Source: the human T2T-CHM13v2.0 reference genome, Homo sapiens
Assembly: GCF_009914755.1 (NCBI RefSeq)
Contig: NC_060930.1
DNA length: 64,000 nt
Direction: 5' to 3' (one strand)
Positions 14,633 through 28,108 of the stretch are shown here, in pieces. Both the position numbers and the translations under genes were made by a program. Position 1 is the stretch's first letter. Each line of letters begins with the position of its first letter. The notes below the pieces were generated by a model that searched no databases, was not told the origin of the DNA, and saw only the letters and a list, made by a program, of their open reading frames with translations.

Positions 14633-15851
14633 GTAGTTTTAAAAATTTCTTTACTTTTCTTTTTGTCAGGTAGAACAATGTTTCCAACTTTTCTGGACTT
14701 GCCTTCTGTGGATATGTTCTCTCTTCTTGTATGGTGTTTATGAGAAGAGAAATATTTCCATGGAAGTTTCAGCAACTGAATATGGCTCCTACTGCATACT
14801 TTTCCTGAAAGTCTGTGATTACTTTTTAGTATTCAAAAGTTATTTTGTTTTGAAGTAGCCATCACAATGCAATCTTCAGCACATTGTGGTAACACAAGTG
14901 TTTCTGTTGCTTTTTTCAGCTCTTATGGGAACTGCCATGTCCCACAGAATCAACACATGTGCGTTCTGAGAATGTTATATCACTGATTACAAAAATTGCC
15001 AGTACTCCTAGGAAATTTACTGTCTTTGTTTTCAGAAATTTTCCTGATTTTTTTGTTATGAGGTTTTTTTAAAAATGAGGCTGGTTTGGGCTGAGTTTCG
15101 TTTAAGGCTTTGGATACCAATGATATAATGTGGGGAGGAGCTTCCTTTTTGTTGTTATATATTACACTACTAAAGTTATCCTGTTTATAGAAAATCTGTA
15201 TTTTGTTTGGTGTATGTTGAGAGAACAGCAGGAAAAAGTGTTCCCAAAATGAATGGATTTTGGCAGGCACATGACCTGAATATCATTACTAGAGAAGGAA
15301 AAACTTACTCTGATATTACACTGCTTTTTATGAGAGTACTGTTCTTCCTAGTCATCTTTTTGTATGTGTCAAAGTAGCCTTGTCTGAGACATTGAATGGA
15401 AACTTTGGGTCATAAAAAGCAGAAATTCCTTTCTCCACTTGTTAGATATGTTTATGAAGTAAAATTATTTGGTGGGCTGCTAGTTTTCATTACATGTAAC
15501 ATATAACTTACTCGAATTGATACATGAACTTAAATAGCACTTGGGTGATTGCCCAGGTGTGATGAATCCTTTGGGATTAAGGGTGGATGATGCTAAATTC
15601 ACATAAGCTTTGTCAGTTGAAAGGAAATGTTAATGCCTCAGGATGCATTCCTAAGTCTGGTTAGTAACTAGTTTGTCTTGTTAATAAACAACTTCAACAG
15701 ATTCAGAGGTTACACTTGAAAAACAGCTCCCCAAATTTAGCACTCTTTATCTTAACATTGATCGAATCTTCAGATTTGTCTGAAGCAATAATTTCTGCTT
15801 CTCCCTAAATCCACAAAGTATTATTAAAGTTCTTTAAAAAGGGGACCTCTT

Positions 15852-16201
<350 letters not shown>

Positions 16202-18427
16202 TCAGTGAGATTAGAATGACAGTGAGGACAGAATTCATCTATGAAGCAGAACCCCACTGAGTTTTTCAACATATGTGATTCTTTCTAATTCATATTGTTA
16301 TGTGAGCTCTGCATCTTGCTTTTGTGAGCAGAAATCATCTGTGTTCTTTTTTAAATGACTAGCTTATTTTGGGGGGGCATTTTATTGAGCAAAATTCAAA
16401 TTAAAACATATTAAAGAATTGTGTTTTATTAAATCCAACATTGCTTCTTTTTTGTAACATCTGTAGGGAGACCAGTCTGCTGGGACCATAGTTTCTTTTT
16501 GGTAAAACTGTCTGTACCAAATAAATGAATAAATAAATAGAATGAAAAGAAAAGGTGTGGTGGTCAGGCAGTTTATGTGTGGTTTAGGTGTGGGGAAAGC
16601 TCAGAGGTCAATGTGAAGAATGCGAAGAGAGAAATGCCCCTCTGTAGTGGCAGGGTCAGCAGCTTTTTGGTAGATGGTATAGTAGCTGGCACAGGGCCAG
16701 CAGTAAAGATTCAGATAGCTGAGAAGGTAGCCATGACATAGTAGAGGGAGTTGAGGCCCGTGTCCAGAAAGGATAAAACATAGTGGGGTTTGAACAGACA
16801 GTGGTAGAAGTGCCAAGGGTGTTATAGCCATGGTGGTAGCCAAAAAGCTTAAGATAATGACAAAGAAGAAACCAATGCTTCTGTCATAAGCCTATTATGC
16901 GCCTGGTATTTCTTTAAAAAAAAATCTATCAGTGAATTGGACCACTGTTGAAGTCTGCTGCAGGGAGCCAATCATAGAAATAATCGTAGAGAGCTCAGAG
17001 TAACAGTTCCCATTGGCTCATACAGAAATCCCTAGTTTACTGTGCAGAAGTAGATCATCCTCTCCAGGGAGACAAGAAGAATGCCTGGTTCATAGAAAAC
17101 ATTCCTTTTGCCTTCAATGGTCCAGTTCTCTTTAAGACTAGATGAGACCATGTGGCCTGAGGCAATCAAAGGATGTTCTGAGCTGCTGTGAGAGAATTAG
17201 GCAGGAAAGTCGTTTTTCTCTCTGGGAAAAATCCCTGGCAATAAAGACCAATCCTAGTGCTTTTGAGCTACTGTCTGAGGACTCCTTTTTCTTCTGTTTT
17301 CATTTTTCCCTCAGGTTGTTGTACCCCCAGCATTTTCACATCTGATAGTTTCTTAGCTTAGCTCACCACTTCTGGTTACTTGCTGCTGACACTTAGTAAC
17401 TGAACCAATGTTCATTTGACATATGTAGGCTGCAACATCCCTCACTTTATAGAAATGAGAAAAAAAGATTTTTGATTCACTTACTGTATCAATGATGATT
17501 ATTAAACATTTCAAATTGGTTCCGAAGAAAAACATCCAAGGAAAAAAAATTTTGAATCTAGGTGTCTTTTGAACATTTTATTTTGATCACATTTTGACTG
17601 TAATTATAGTCCTGTAGGCATCATCATGGTTTGAATATCAAAGTACTTTCAGGATATTATTCATCTGATAATTGAAAACTCTTAGAATCTCAGAAACAGA
17701 AGCTAGTCATGAGGTTTCATTATAGCTTATTAAATTTTTAGAAAGTTCTATTTTTAGAAGTTATTTATTTCCTTTGAGCCTAAATCTATCTTTAAAACTT
17801 TATACATTAATTCCATTTCAGCCTTTGGAATACACAGAATCTAATCGCAGGATTAATTTTCAAATATTTGAAATTTTCATGTTCTCCAGCATAGTTTCCC
17901 ATAAACTAAATAATCTTATACTTCAGCCATTTATTTTGTGACATATTTTTTCAGGAACTTTACCTACGTTTACTCTTAAAATCACCCCAATCTGTTATTT
18001 TTTTCTAAATATAATTCAACAGAACTGAATGCCATGTTTTAGTCAGTGTAACATCACATCCCTTTTTCGGGATATTCCACTTCTATTAGCGAAGCCTAAC
18101 CTTGCATTTATTTGTTTGTTTTGGTTCTCAGGAGCAATATTATTATTTGGCTCATGCTGAATTTGTACGAAATTTTGTATTTTTGACAGCACATTCAATC
18201 AGTTGGACTTTCTTTGTATTCAAGAGATGTTATTGTGCTTTTCAAAATATAAGTTCAGATCTGGGGTTTTAATCAATTATTCGCTCACTCATTTCTCTAT
18301 TCAATAAATGCCTACTATGTCTCAAGCACAGAACGTAAAAAGTTAAGCCAGAAAGATAGTGCATTCTTTACCTCATGAAGCATTTATATATGTTTCATCT
18401 GGTTAGGATCACGTCCTGATTCTAGCC

Positions 18428-18510
18428 CAGGAGTTCTCAACTAAGGGAGATTTTGCTCCCAGGAGACATTTGGCAATGTCGGGGAACATTTTTGATTATC
18501 AAAATAGAGC
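18428..18510 (+). mobile_element. MER20 (hAT) fragment
   Basis: CAGGAGTTCTCAAC...GATTTTGCTCCCAGGAGACATTTGGCAATGTC matches the MER20 5' end. Confidence 0.7.
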
Positions 18511-18536
18511 AGAGGGGAGGTGACATATGCCAGTAG

Positions 18537-18904
<368 letters not shown>

Positions 18905-19061
18905 CTATGTCTTTTCTCAAGTAGCTGATAAAAATGCTTACCAGAAAACCATAAGCACAAAACTGAATGACACACACTAGACAATTCATTCACCTGGTTG
19001 AGTTTTCTCCATTAATCAATACTCATAGGGCACTGCCTGCAATCAGACCCCAGTTTAGTAT

Positions 19062-19906
19062 TGAAACAGAAGAGTTCCCTTATACCCTTTGCAGGTCCTG
19101 TGACAGGGGTGTGGCTGGCTCCTTTGGTCACCCTGCTGCTCTCAAACCCCTAGGGGGAGCATGCAGACAGGCAGGTGCAGAGGCCATAGGGATCGCTTTT
19201 GGGCTCCGTCCCCACAGCAATGTTTAGGGGTGGGTGTCTGTGACTCCTGAAGCCCAAGTAGGTGTGTGTTACGGTGTGCTCTTTCAGCTTTGCCATCTAC
19301 AGACGGCTTGTGTTAATCAGCTCACTAGACCTTCTGCCTTATCGCAAGGGCAGAGGGCTAGTGCAACAGCTTTCTATATCCCAAGCTCTTGCCCAGTGTA
19401 CCAGAAGAATCAGATCACATGTGGACTCAAAGGATGAGTGCAAGGTTTTATTGAGTGGTGGAGGTTGCTCTCAGTGAGATGGACGGGGAGGTGTAAAGCA
19501 GGGGATGGAGTGGGAAGGTGGTCTTCCCCTGGAGTCAGGCCGCCCAGCTACCAGGCTCTTCTCCGACTGCCTTTGGCTGAACTCCCCTCAGCCAGATGTC
19601 CTTCCTCTTCTCTCTTTCTCTGCTGTGTTGTTCTGTTGTTGCTGGTCTGCTGGTGTCTGCTGGTCTGTTCCTCTGCTCCTCTTGATATTCAGCCACTTGT
19701 GTCTGTGCCTCCTATGGTCTCATGTTTATATGAGCACAGGATGGGGGCATGGCGGGCCAGAGTGGTCTTGGAAAATGCAACATTTGGGCGTGAAAACAGG
19801 AGTGCCTGTTCTCACTTAGGTCCGTGGGCCCAGGCTTGAGGATTGAGCCTTTGCCAGGGACCCCACCCATCTCTACCCAGCACCTCCCTGCCCTGCTCCC
19901 GTGTCA
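19062..19906 (-). mobile_element. ERV1 solo LTR (LTR1/LTR27/LTR28/MER52-like group)
   Basis: TG...CA termini, perfect 4-bp TSD GTAT (19058-19061 / 19907-19910), GC-rich, with a minus-strand AATAAA near 19447-19452. Confidence 0.85.
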
Positions 19907-20269
19907 GTATCATCATCATCCTGGCCACATTTCTTCCTCCTGTCAGTGACATCTTAAAAAGCTTTTTCAAACGTCTTCCTAAAATCAAGATAATGTGGAG
20001 TTTACCCTCTTAAAGAGCACCAATAATGAAATGTAGTTTGTATACACCATTCTCTTGTAGTGAGCTTGTAAGTTCCTAGTGACCACAGTGTTCTTTAGAA
20101 GTACCCTAAAGGTGTTTATTCCAGAATCTCCAATGGACTAATGCAGAATTTACTGATCTGGAAATATCTTTTATACATTCTGAAAATATTTAATCACTTT
20201 CCATATTTTGGTAAGTTTTCATTTCTCAAAGATTTCCACTGATTACTTACAGTATTTTTCCAGTGTTGG

Positions 20270-20760
20270 TTCCTGAACTGACATATATGCCTAGCTCTGT
20301 GCTTGGTTTTAGAAAAAGATAATTAATATAGGGTCTTTATTTCCACACCAGCTATGAAAGAGTTAACAACATTTTAACAACTAACAAAAGAGAATAATGA
20401 CAAGTGTTGTAACATACATATAAATTAACAGTGGAAGTCCAGAGATAGAAAATTTTCTGAGACTATCAAGTAAAGTTCCCTAGAGAAGAAGATAGTCGAG
20501 TGGATCATTAAAAGAGGAGTGGATTTCTTTAGGTGCAGAAGTCTTTTTGCATTTCATGGATAACAAATGCCACAAACAAAATTAGAATGGCATGATGTTA
20601 TAAGATATGTTTGGGAAGCATCAGACAATCCAATGTGGCTAGAGGATGTGGGCTGCAGAGATGGTGGGAAATGCAAATGTAGTTGTGACACATTCATGAA
20701 TGGCCTTGATGGCAAGCCAAGGAGTTTGAGCATTATTCTGTAATGTGCCATTTCATTTGT
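20270..20760 (-). mobile_element. L2 LINE fragment (degraded)
   Basis: L2-like antisense motifs such as GGCAAGCCAAGGAGTTTGAGCATTATTCTG. Confidence 0.5.
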
Positions 20761-20839
20761 GATTAGTAAAGGAGCAAGGCAATTAAAATTAAATTTACAT
20801 GTAACTCCAATCTTCAAACCAACATTTCAAAGTCATTAG

Positions 20840-21212
<373 letters not shown>

Positions 21213-21989
21213 AGTGATGGACTTTCTAAATTTATGTAAGTTTTGATGATAGATTTAAAAGTTAGGTTTATCTAACCAAAAGCCTGCCAATTTGACTAGA
21301 TTTTCTTTCTGGGAAGATAATTTTAGTAAGGATGGTTGGGTAAACTAGAAAATATTTTAGAGTCAAGTAGGAAAAGGTCACATTTTTATTTAAAAAAAAT
21401 ATATAAAACCCTGAAGAAATGTTTCAGTTTTGATGCTCAATTTGTATATATTTAAATAGTTTTAGTTGGAGGAAATTGATCCAAAATCTACTCATTAGAA
21501 AAAGTTTGGATTCTATTTTGGAGAAAATGTCAGGTAAAGTTTAGAATAACAGCATCAAAATTTTAAATAAAATGTATAAAGGCTCCAACACCTAGACTGA
21601 TATAGAGAGAAATATGGAAAAAAATAGCATTTCTTTATTTTTGATATCAACTCCTATATTTATATGTTAGTATTTCTGATAAAGTAACATTCTGTCCTAA
21701 ATGGTGCAATAATAGGAGCTTGTGAAAACTTTTGAGTAAATACTGAAATTCAGAATCAGGGCCCCTGGAAAAAGATGGTCATGTATATTTTGGGAAATTT
21801 GCCTAGATGCCTGTAAAGGTAATACATTGGAGGACACATTCAGATAAATACAGTGCCTACAACAGCTTGATGTGTATTAACTCATAAATGCATTTGAACG
21901 GTAATTTGATGTGTAATAGACTAACACAAGCCTGAATTTATTCCCATTGTTGCTACTTAAGGTGTCTCTTTATTCCATATGTCCACTGG

Positions 21990-22564
21990 TATGGTAGCCA
22001 GCCTTCAAATGACCTCCAAGAATTCTGAATGTTTTCTGATATTTACAACCTTGTGTTGTCCCTTTCTACAGTAAATATGGTTGACCTACGTAATAAAAGG
22101 ATATTGACAAAATTAGGGTTTGTGATTTTTGAAGCTGGACATAAAAGACACTACAGGTTCTGCTTTGCTCCTTTGGATCAGTTACTTTGGGGAAACCAGC
22201 TGCCAGGCCATGAGGACACTCAAAAAGCCCTGCAGAAAGAGGCTTTTTGTAATGAGAAACTGTATGCTTTCTGTAATGAGAAACTGATGCTTTCTACTAG
22301 CAACCAGCACTAACTTGCCAGGCATGTGGAGTGAGCCACCTTGAAAATTGACCCCTCATCCCCAGTCTATCCTTCAGATGTCTGCAACCCTGGCAGACAT
22401 CTTGTCTACAGCCTCAAGAGAATAAGAGACCCTGAGCCACAAACACCTATACAAGCTGTCCCCACTTGCCTGACACACAGAAACTGTGAGCTAATAAATG
22501 TTTCTTATTTGTAATCTGCTAAATTTGAGGGTAATTTGTTGTGCAGCAATAGATAACAAATACA
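21990..22564 (+). mobile_element. MLT1F-like MaLR LTR
   Basis: Typical MLT1 3' end: AAACTGTGAGCTAATAAATG...GTAATTTGTTGTGCAGCAATAGATAACAAATACA. Confidence 0.8.
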
Positions 22565-22841
22565 ACTCTTCTAACTTTTTGGGCTAGAAACTTGCACAGA
22601 GGTATTCACTTTATACTAAAAGGGTTTAGTCACATTAAAGTTGTTCACTGCTTCCAAGTTTGCATTTTATGTAGAAAATGACTCAGATCAGCCAACAGCC
22701 TCCTAACTGCTTCAATCTGTTTCTCAATCCGTTTCTCAATAACAATAATAATGCCATTTGCTAAGGTGTTATTATTACTTTAAATTTCATTATGTTTTAT
22801 GTGATGATGGATTTAAAGCAAAAATATTACTCTTATATTTA

Positions 22842-22856
22842 TTATATACATATATA

Positions 22857-22904
<48 letters not shown>

Positions 22905-22980
22905 GTGGTCCCTGTTACATATATATATGTATATATGTGTGTGTGTATATATTATATATATATATAATGTGGTCCCTGTT
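22842..22980. repeat. Tandemly duplicated compound (TA)/(TG) microsatellite
   Basis: Two units, each ending in TATATATAATGTGGTCCCTGTT. Confidence 0.9.
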
Positions 22981-23174
22981 TTCATGTTATTCTAATCACT
23001 ATATCATGGATATTTCCATACAAGTCTTATAAACAGATGCTGAATGCCTTCTTCACTCTTAGGGTCCTTCTTGACTTATAAATTATTTCACCTTTCTTTT
23101 TCTTGGGTTAGGCCCAGACCACAGTATGTATGTTAGAAAAAGAGAGACGATTTTCTTTATACTATTTCCAGTGA

Positions 23175-23292
23175 ATATATATATATACACACACATATAT
23201 ACATATATATACACATATATATATACATATATATACACATATATATACATATACATATACACATATATATACATATACATATACATATATAT
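23175..23292. repeat. Compound (TA)/(CA) microsatellite
   Basis: Direct reading. Confidence 0.9.
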
Positions 23293-23588
23293 GTAATGCT
23301 TCTGAAATGGCTTGTTACTTTAGAATTGTTCCAAAAACAAAGAAAAACATACACACACATCTGTGTGTGTGTGTATGAGTGTGCACGCAGGCAGGCGTGT
23401 GTGTGTGCATGCACATACACACTCCCATAGAACTGTGTATCACCACAGCCTACCTATTTAGTTTTGGAAATGATCAGCACTCAAGTCCAAGAAGGTAAAT
23501 GTTAACTTTGGAAAATATCATGAAACTAACTAAAACCATTAGTAAAAAATTATGTGGGTAGCATTCTGATAATCGTTGAAGAAATTAG

Positions 23589-23893
23589 TTTTTTTTTTTT
23601 TTTTTTTTTTTTGAGACAGAGTCTCGCTCTGTCACCCAGGCTGGAGTGCAGTGTCGCGATCTCTGCTTACTGCAACCTCTACCTCCCGGGTTAAAGCAAT
23701 TCTCCTGACTCAGCCTCCCGAGTAGCTGGGACTATAGGTGTGTGCCACCTGCCCAGCTAATTTTTGTATTTTTAGTGGAGACAGGGTTTTGCCATGTTGA
23801 CCAGGCTGGTCTTGAACTCCTGATCTCAGGTGATCCACCCGGCTCGGACTCCCAAAGTGCTGGGATTACAGGCATGAGCCACTGCGCCCCTCC
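23589..23893 (-). mobile_element. AluS-type SINE
   Basis: Dimeric Alu on the minus strand with a long T tract. Degenerate TSD AGAAATTAGTTT/AGGAACTAGTTT. Confidence 0.92.
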
Positions 23894-24279
23894 AGGAACT
23901 AGTTTTAATAACCTATAATTAAACATTAGTTTGAGTGAAAGGAAAGATTTAATGTGGTCTGAAACAAAAATCTCTTTCTCTGTAGTCTTTGGTTTCCATT
24001 TTGGCTGAGGAGGGTATAGAAGAGAGATGGGTTGGGTTCAGCCAGGTATTTCATTCAGCACTCATAATTTCTGGTACCAAGGTACTCACAGTGTGCAGTA
24101 TGGGAAAGAGCTGAAACGCTGCAAATGTCTGCATCTCTCACTCCATGAAATGCCCCGAGGGCTGACTCCTGGAGCATTCTACTCACAATGTTACAAGAGC
24201 TTTGTCCCTGTCTGCATGCTGATTGGAAGCAGATCCATGGTTCAGCATCAATGTCCATTTTTTGGCTATTGCTAATAAT

Positions 24280-24650
24280 GTAACACCAATAAAATAGATA
24301 AATGACAGGGCAGCTGTCTAATGAAGTGAAGGTTAAGGAGTGTTAAACCGTGGTAGATATTTCTATTTGCTGGTGTTAAATTATGCTGCCTGCTCCACGT
24401 GCTTTCCTCATTAAAGGCTGATGCACTGTGTTGTTCTTAGGCAATTTATGGAATCTAAGAATGGCCTGCATGCCTGTTCTTCTGTGAGGTGGGCTGTTTG
24501 CAGCCCTGTTAATAGCAGCCCCGTAATAAACCATGATTAGCAGCAGTCCAAACAATTCGTCTTCCCCATTTGCCCCCTTGCAGAGACCCCAAAATCTTTT
24601 TCTTTCCAGTCAGCCATGACTTGTCATATTGTTGGTTGACATATCCCTAA
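24280..24650. promoter_or_regulatory. Candidate developmental enhancer (homeodomain/MEIS/E-box/SOX motif cluster)
   Basis: Non-repetitive block containing CCAATAAAA, TGACAG, CAGCTG, CACGTG, CTCATTAA, CAATTTATGG, GTAATAAA, TGATTAG and AACAAT. Function is inferred from motifs only. Confidence 0.3.
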
Positions 24651-25270
24651 AACAGAGAGTCTGGTACAGATTTGTTGAAACAGATTTCTCCCACAGCATT
24701 CTTGCTTCTTCACCATAGACCTGACTGGAGGGGAGAAAAGCATTACATGTATTTTTCTCCTGTATCAAAGATGAGAAGAACAGTCATCATTCCTGTTAGC
24801 AAATTGCCAAATAAGGTGGAGTTTATTTTTATCATTCAACATATATTTATTGAGCTTCTATAATATGTCAGGTGTTCTGTATGTAGTGGTTAAAATGATA
24901 CATATGGTCCCTGCATTTTTAAGTTTTGAGGTGGTAGAAGAGACATAGCACAGGTCTAGTAAGTAGACAGAAAAATTTAGGATGCTATGTGAATAGATGT
25001 CAAAGGGCAAAACCTATGTTAGGAGATTCCAGCATAGGAATATTAAGTCCAGATATTAAGTCAAGTGCTACCTCTTTTGTTTTTATTTGATTTCTTGCTT
25101 GTTTTTACATGTGCATGGGAATCACAATGGGGTGGTAATATGATGGTTATGAATATGCCAATTGATATGGTTTATAAAAGACTTTGAAAGGATGAAGAAT
25201 ACCATACTATGTTTGGAAATGTTTATTCAAACCAAGGGGCAGTGCAGCATGCTTCCAGTAACAGTTTTAG

Positions 25271-25446
25271 TAATGATTCTCAATCTTGGCTGCACTTTAG
25301 AATTATCTGGGGAGCTTTAAAAAATCTGATGCCTAGGCCACCCCCAAAAGCAATTAAAAAAGAATCTCTAGGGGTGAGACCCAGACACCACTGCTCTTTA
25401 AAACTCCCCAGGTGATTCCAATGTGCAGCCAGTTTAAGAACCACTG
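25271..25446. mobile_element. MER5A/MER5A1 hAT MITE
   Basis: TGATTCTCAATCTTGGCTGCAC...CAGGTGATTCCAATGTGCAGCCAGTTTAAGAACCACTG, with terminal inverted repeats. Confidence 0.85.
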
Positions 25447-25569
25447 AGTTATAGGCTTCCTACGTTTTCCAAATTCCCTACAAGGACCTACAGCTGCCAA
25501 TTTTACCACTTATAGAGGAAAAAGAAATTACCAGGTGCATGAAGCTTCTCTTTCTTATCCTAAGAAGTT

Positions 25570-27314
25570 TTTAACTTCATTTTAAAAAATGAAAGTATAG
25601 TTACATAATAAAATGTACAAATCTTCAGTATAGAGTTCCATGAGTTTTGACAAAGTATGTACCCAAGTAACCAGCACGTCAATTGAAATATAGAACATCA
25701 TCATCACCTTAGAATGTCCCATAGTGTCCCTTTACATTGTTCCTCCACACTGAAGGCAGAAATTACTCTAATTTCTGTTCCATAAATTAGTTTGGGCCAT
25801 AATTGGACTTCATAAAAATTAAGTCACACAGTATGCAGTCTTTTGTTCTGGCTTATTTCCCTAAGAATAATGTTTTTGAGATTCATCTATGAGATTGGAT
25901 GTATCAGTAGTTTGTTCCTCTTTATTGCTGAGTAATATTCCATTGTATGGATATACCACAATTTGTTTATGCTCTTGTTGATGGACATTTGGTTTGTTTC
26001 CAATTTTTGTTAATATAAATTAACCACAGTGACCATTCTAGTACAAGCTTTTGTGGACATACATTTAAAAAAAATTTTATAAATAGCCAAGAGTGAAATT
26101 GCTGTGTCATAAGGTAGTTGCATATTTAACTTAAAGAAACTGCCAGTTTTCCACACACATTTTATACTCCTGCTAGCAATGAATGAGAGGCTAGCTGTTT
26201 TGCATCTTTACTAATGGTTGGTGTTGTAAATTTCTTTTAATTATTGTTTAAATTTTAGTCATTCTCTCAAGCATGTAGTAGTAACTAAAGTTTAATTTGC
26301 AATCCCCTGGCGGCTAATGATGTTGAGCATTTTCATGTTCATTTATTGGCCATTTATACATTTTTTTGTGAAATGTCTGTATAACACTTTTTCCCATTTT
26401 TGTATTTGTTTGCTTGTCTTTTTATTATAATTTTTATAATTTTTTAAATCTTGATATGAGTTGCTTTTCTGAATATATTTTCTTCTTGTCTGGGGCTTGC
26501 TTTTCATTTCTTTCAAGGTGTTTTAATTAACAGTAGTTTTTAATTTTAATGCAGTCTAGTTTATATTTTTTCTCTTACAATTGTAGATATTTATATCTGT
26601 CTAGGAAATCTTTGCCTATCTCCAGGATAAAAGAGATGTGTTCTTGTGTTTTCTTTTAGAAGCATGTATATTTTTTGTTTTTACAATTATGTCTGTAAGC
26701 CATCTAGCATTAATTTTGTGTATGGCATTAGGTGTGAATCAAGTTTCTATTTATTCTTTATCTAGTTTTCAATATCTAGTGGTCTACCACCACTCATTTA
26801 AAATATTTTTCTTTTCCTATGGAATTATATCAGAGACTTTGTTAAGAAAAACATTTGTTTGCATATGTATGCTTCTTTTTCAATTCTATTCTGTTCCCTT
26901 GATCTATTTATTTATTATCTATCTTTATGCCATGTTGTATGGATCACTATAACTTTATAGTAAGTATTGAAATCGGTTGGTATAAGTTTTCCAAAATAGT
27001 TCTTCTTTTACAAAATTGTTTAGACAAATTGAGACCAATAGATTTTTATATAAATGTTGGTATAAGCTTGTCAATATCTACGAAAAAAGCCTGCTGGGAT
27101 TTTTATCTTAATTGCCTTATGAGTAGTTTAGGAATAATTGACATCTTTACAATATTGAAACTTCCAACAACACCAAACTTTCTCAACAATGCTTTGTTCC
27201 TTTATATATTGTTCTAAATTTATCTCATATATTTTATTTATTTTTGATGTTTTTCTGAATGAAATTAATTTTTAAAATTACATGTTCTATTTGTTACTCA
27301 TATGTGGAAATAAA
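25570..27314 (-). mobile_element. Old L1 (L1ME/MD-like), 3' part; continues at 33581-34030
   Basis: Antisense L1M 3' UTR (AAAATGTACAAATCTTCAGTATAGAGTTCCATGAGTTTTGACAAA) and T-rich antisense ORF2-like sequence. Confidence 0.75.
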
Positions 27315-28108
27315 AATAATTTTTGGACAGTGGGTGGCAATATGGCTGAACAGGAACAGATCTAGTCTGCAGCTCCCAGTGAGATCAATGCAGAAGGAAG
27401 GTGATTTCTGCATTTCCAACTGAGGTACCTGGTTAATCTCATTGGGACTGGTTAGACAGTGGGTGCAGCCCATTGAGGGCCAGCCGAAGCAGGGTGGGGT
27501 TTCACCTCACCCGGGAAGCATGAGGGGTTGGGGAACTCCCTCCCTTTGCCAATGGAAGCCATGAGGGACTGTGCCCTGAGGAACGGTGCATTCTGGCCCA
27601 TATACTATGCTTTTCCCACGGTCTTGGCAACCCATAGACCAGAAGATTCCCTAGGGTGCCTACACCACCAGGGCCAGCTCTGAGTACAGCAGCAGATCTC
27701 CAGCAAAGCACTTGAGCTCTGCTACGGGACAGAGAGCCTCCTCAAGTGGGTCCCTGACCCCTGTGCCTCCTGACTGGGAGACACCTCCCAGTAGAGGTAG
27801 ACAGATACCTCATACAGCAGAGCTCTGGCTGGTATCTGGCAGGTGCCCCTCTGGAACAAAGCTTCCAGAGGAAGGAACAGACACAATTTTTGCTGTTCTC
27901 AGCCTCTGCTGGTGATACCCAGGCAAACAGGGTCCGAAGTGGACCTCCAATAAACTCCAGCAGACCTATAGGAGAGGGGCCAGACTGTTAAAAGAAAAAC
28001 TAACAAACAGAAAGGAACAGCATCAACATCAACAAAAACGATGTCCACACAAAAACCCCATCCAAAGGTCACCAACATCAAAGACCAAAGGTAAATAAAT
28101 CCACAAAG

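Noticed and set aside
19438-19839. 133-aa and 104-aa ORFs
   Set aside because: They lie wholly inside a solo ERV1 LTR, are GC-rich and resemble no protein I recognise.
22758-23420. Y/I/V/C-rich ORFs; repeat-spacer look of the duplicated AATGTGGTCCCTGTT unit
   Set aside because: Microsatellite translations. Only two repeats with low-complexity spacers in human DNA, so not a CRISPR array.
24055-24258. 67-aa minus-strand ORF ending near GTGAGT donors
   Set aside because: No recognisable protein and a poor acceptor; insufficient to call an exon.
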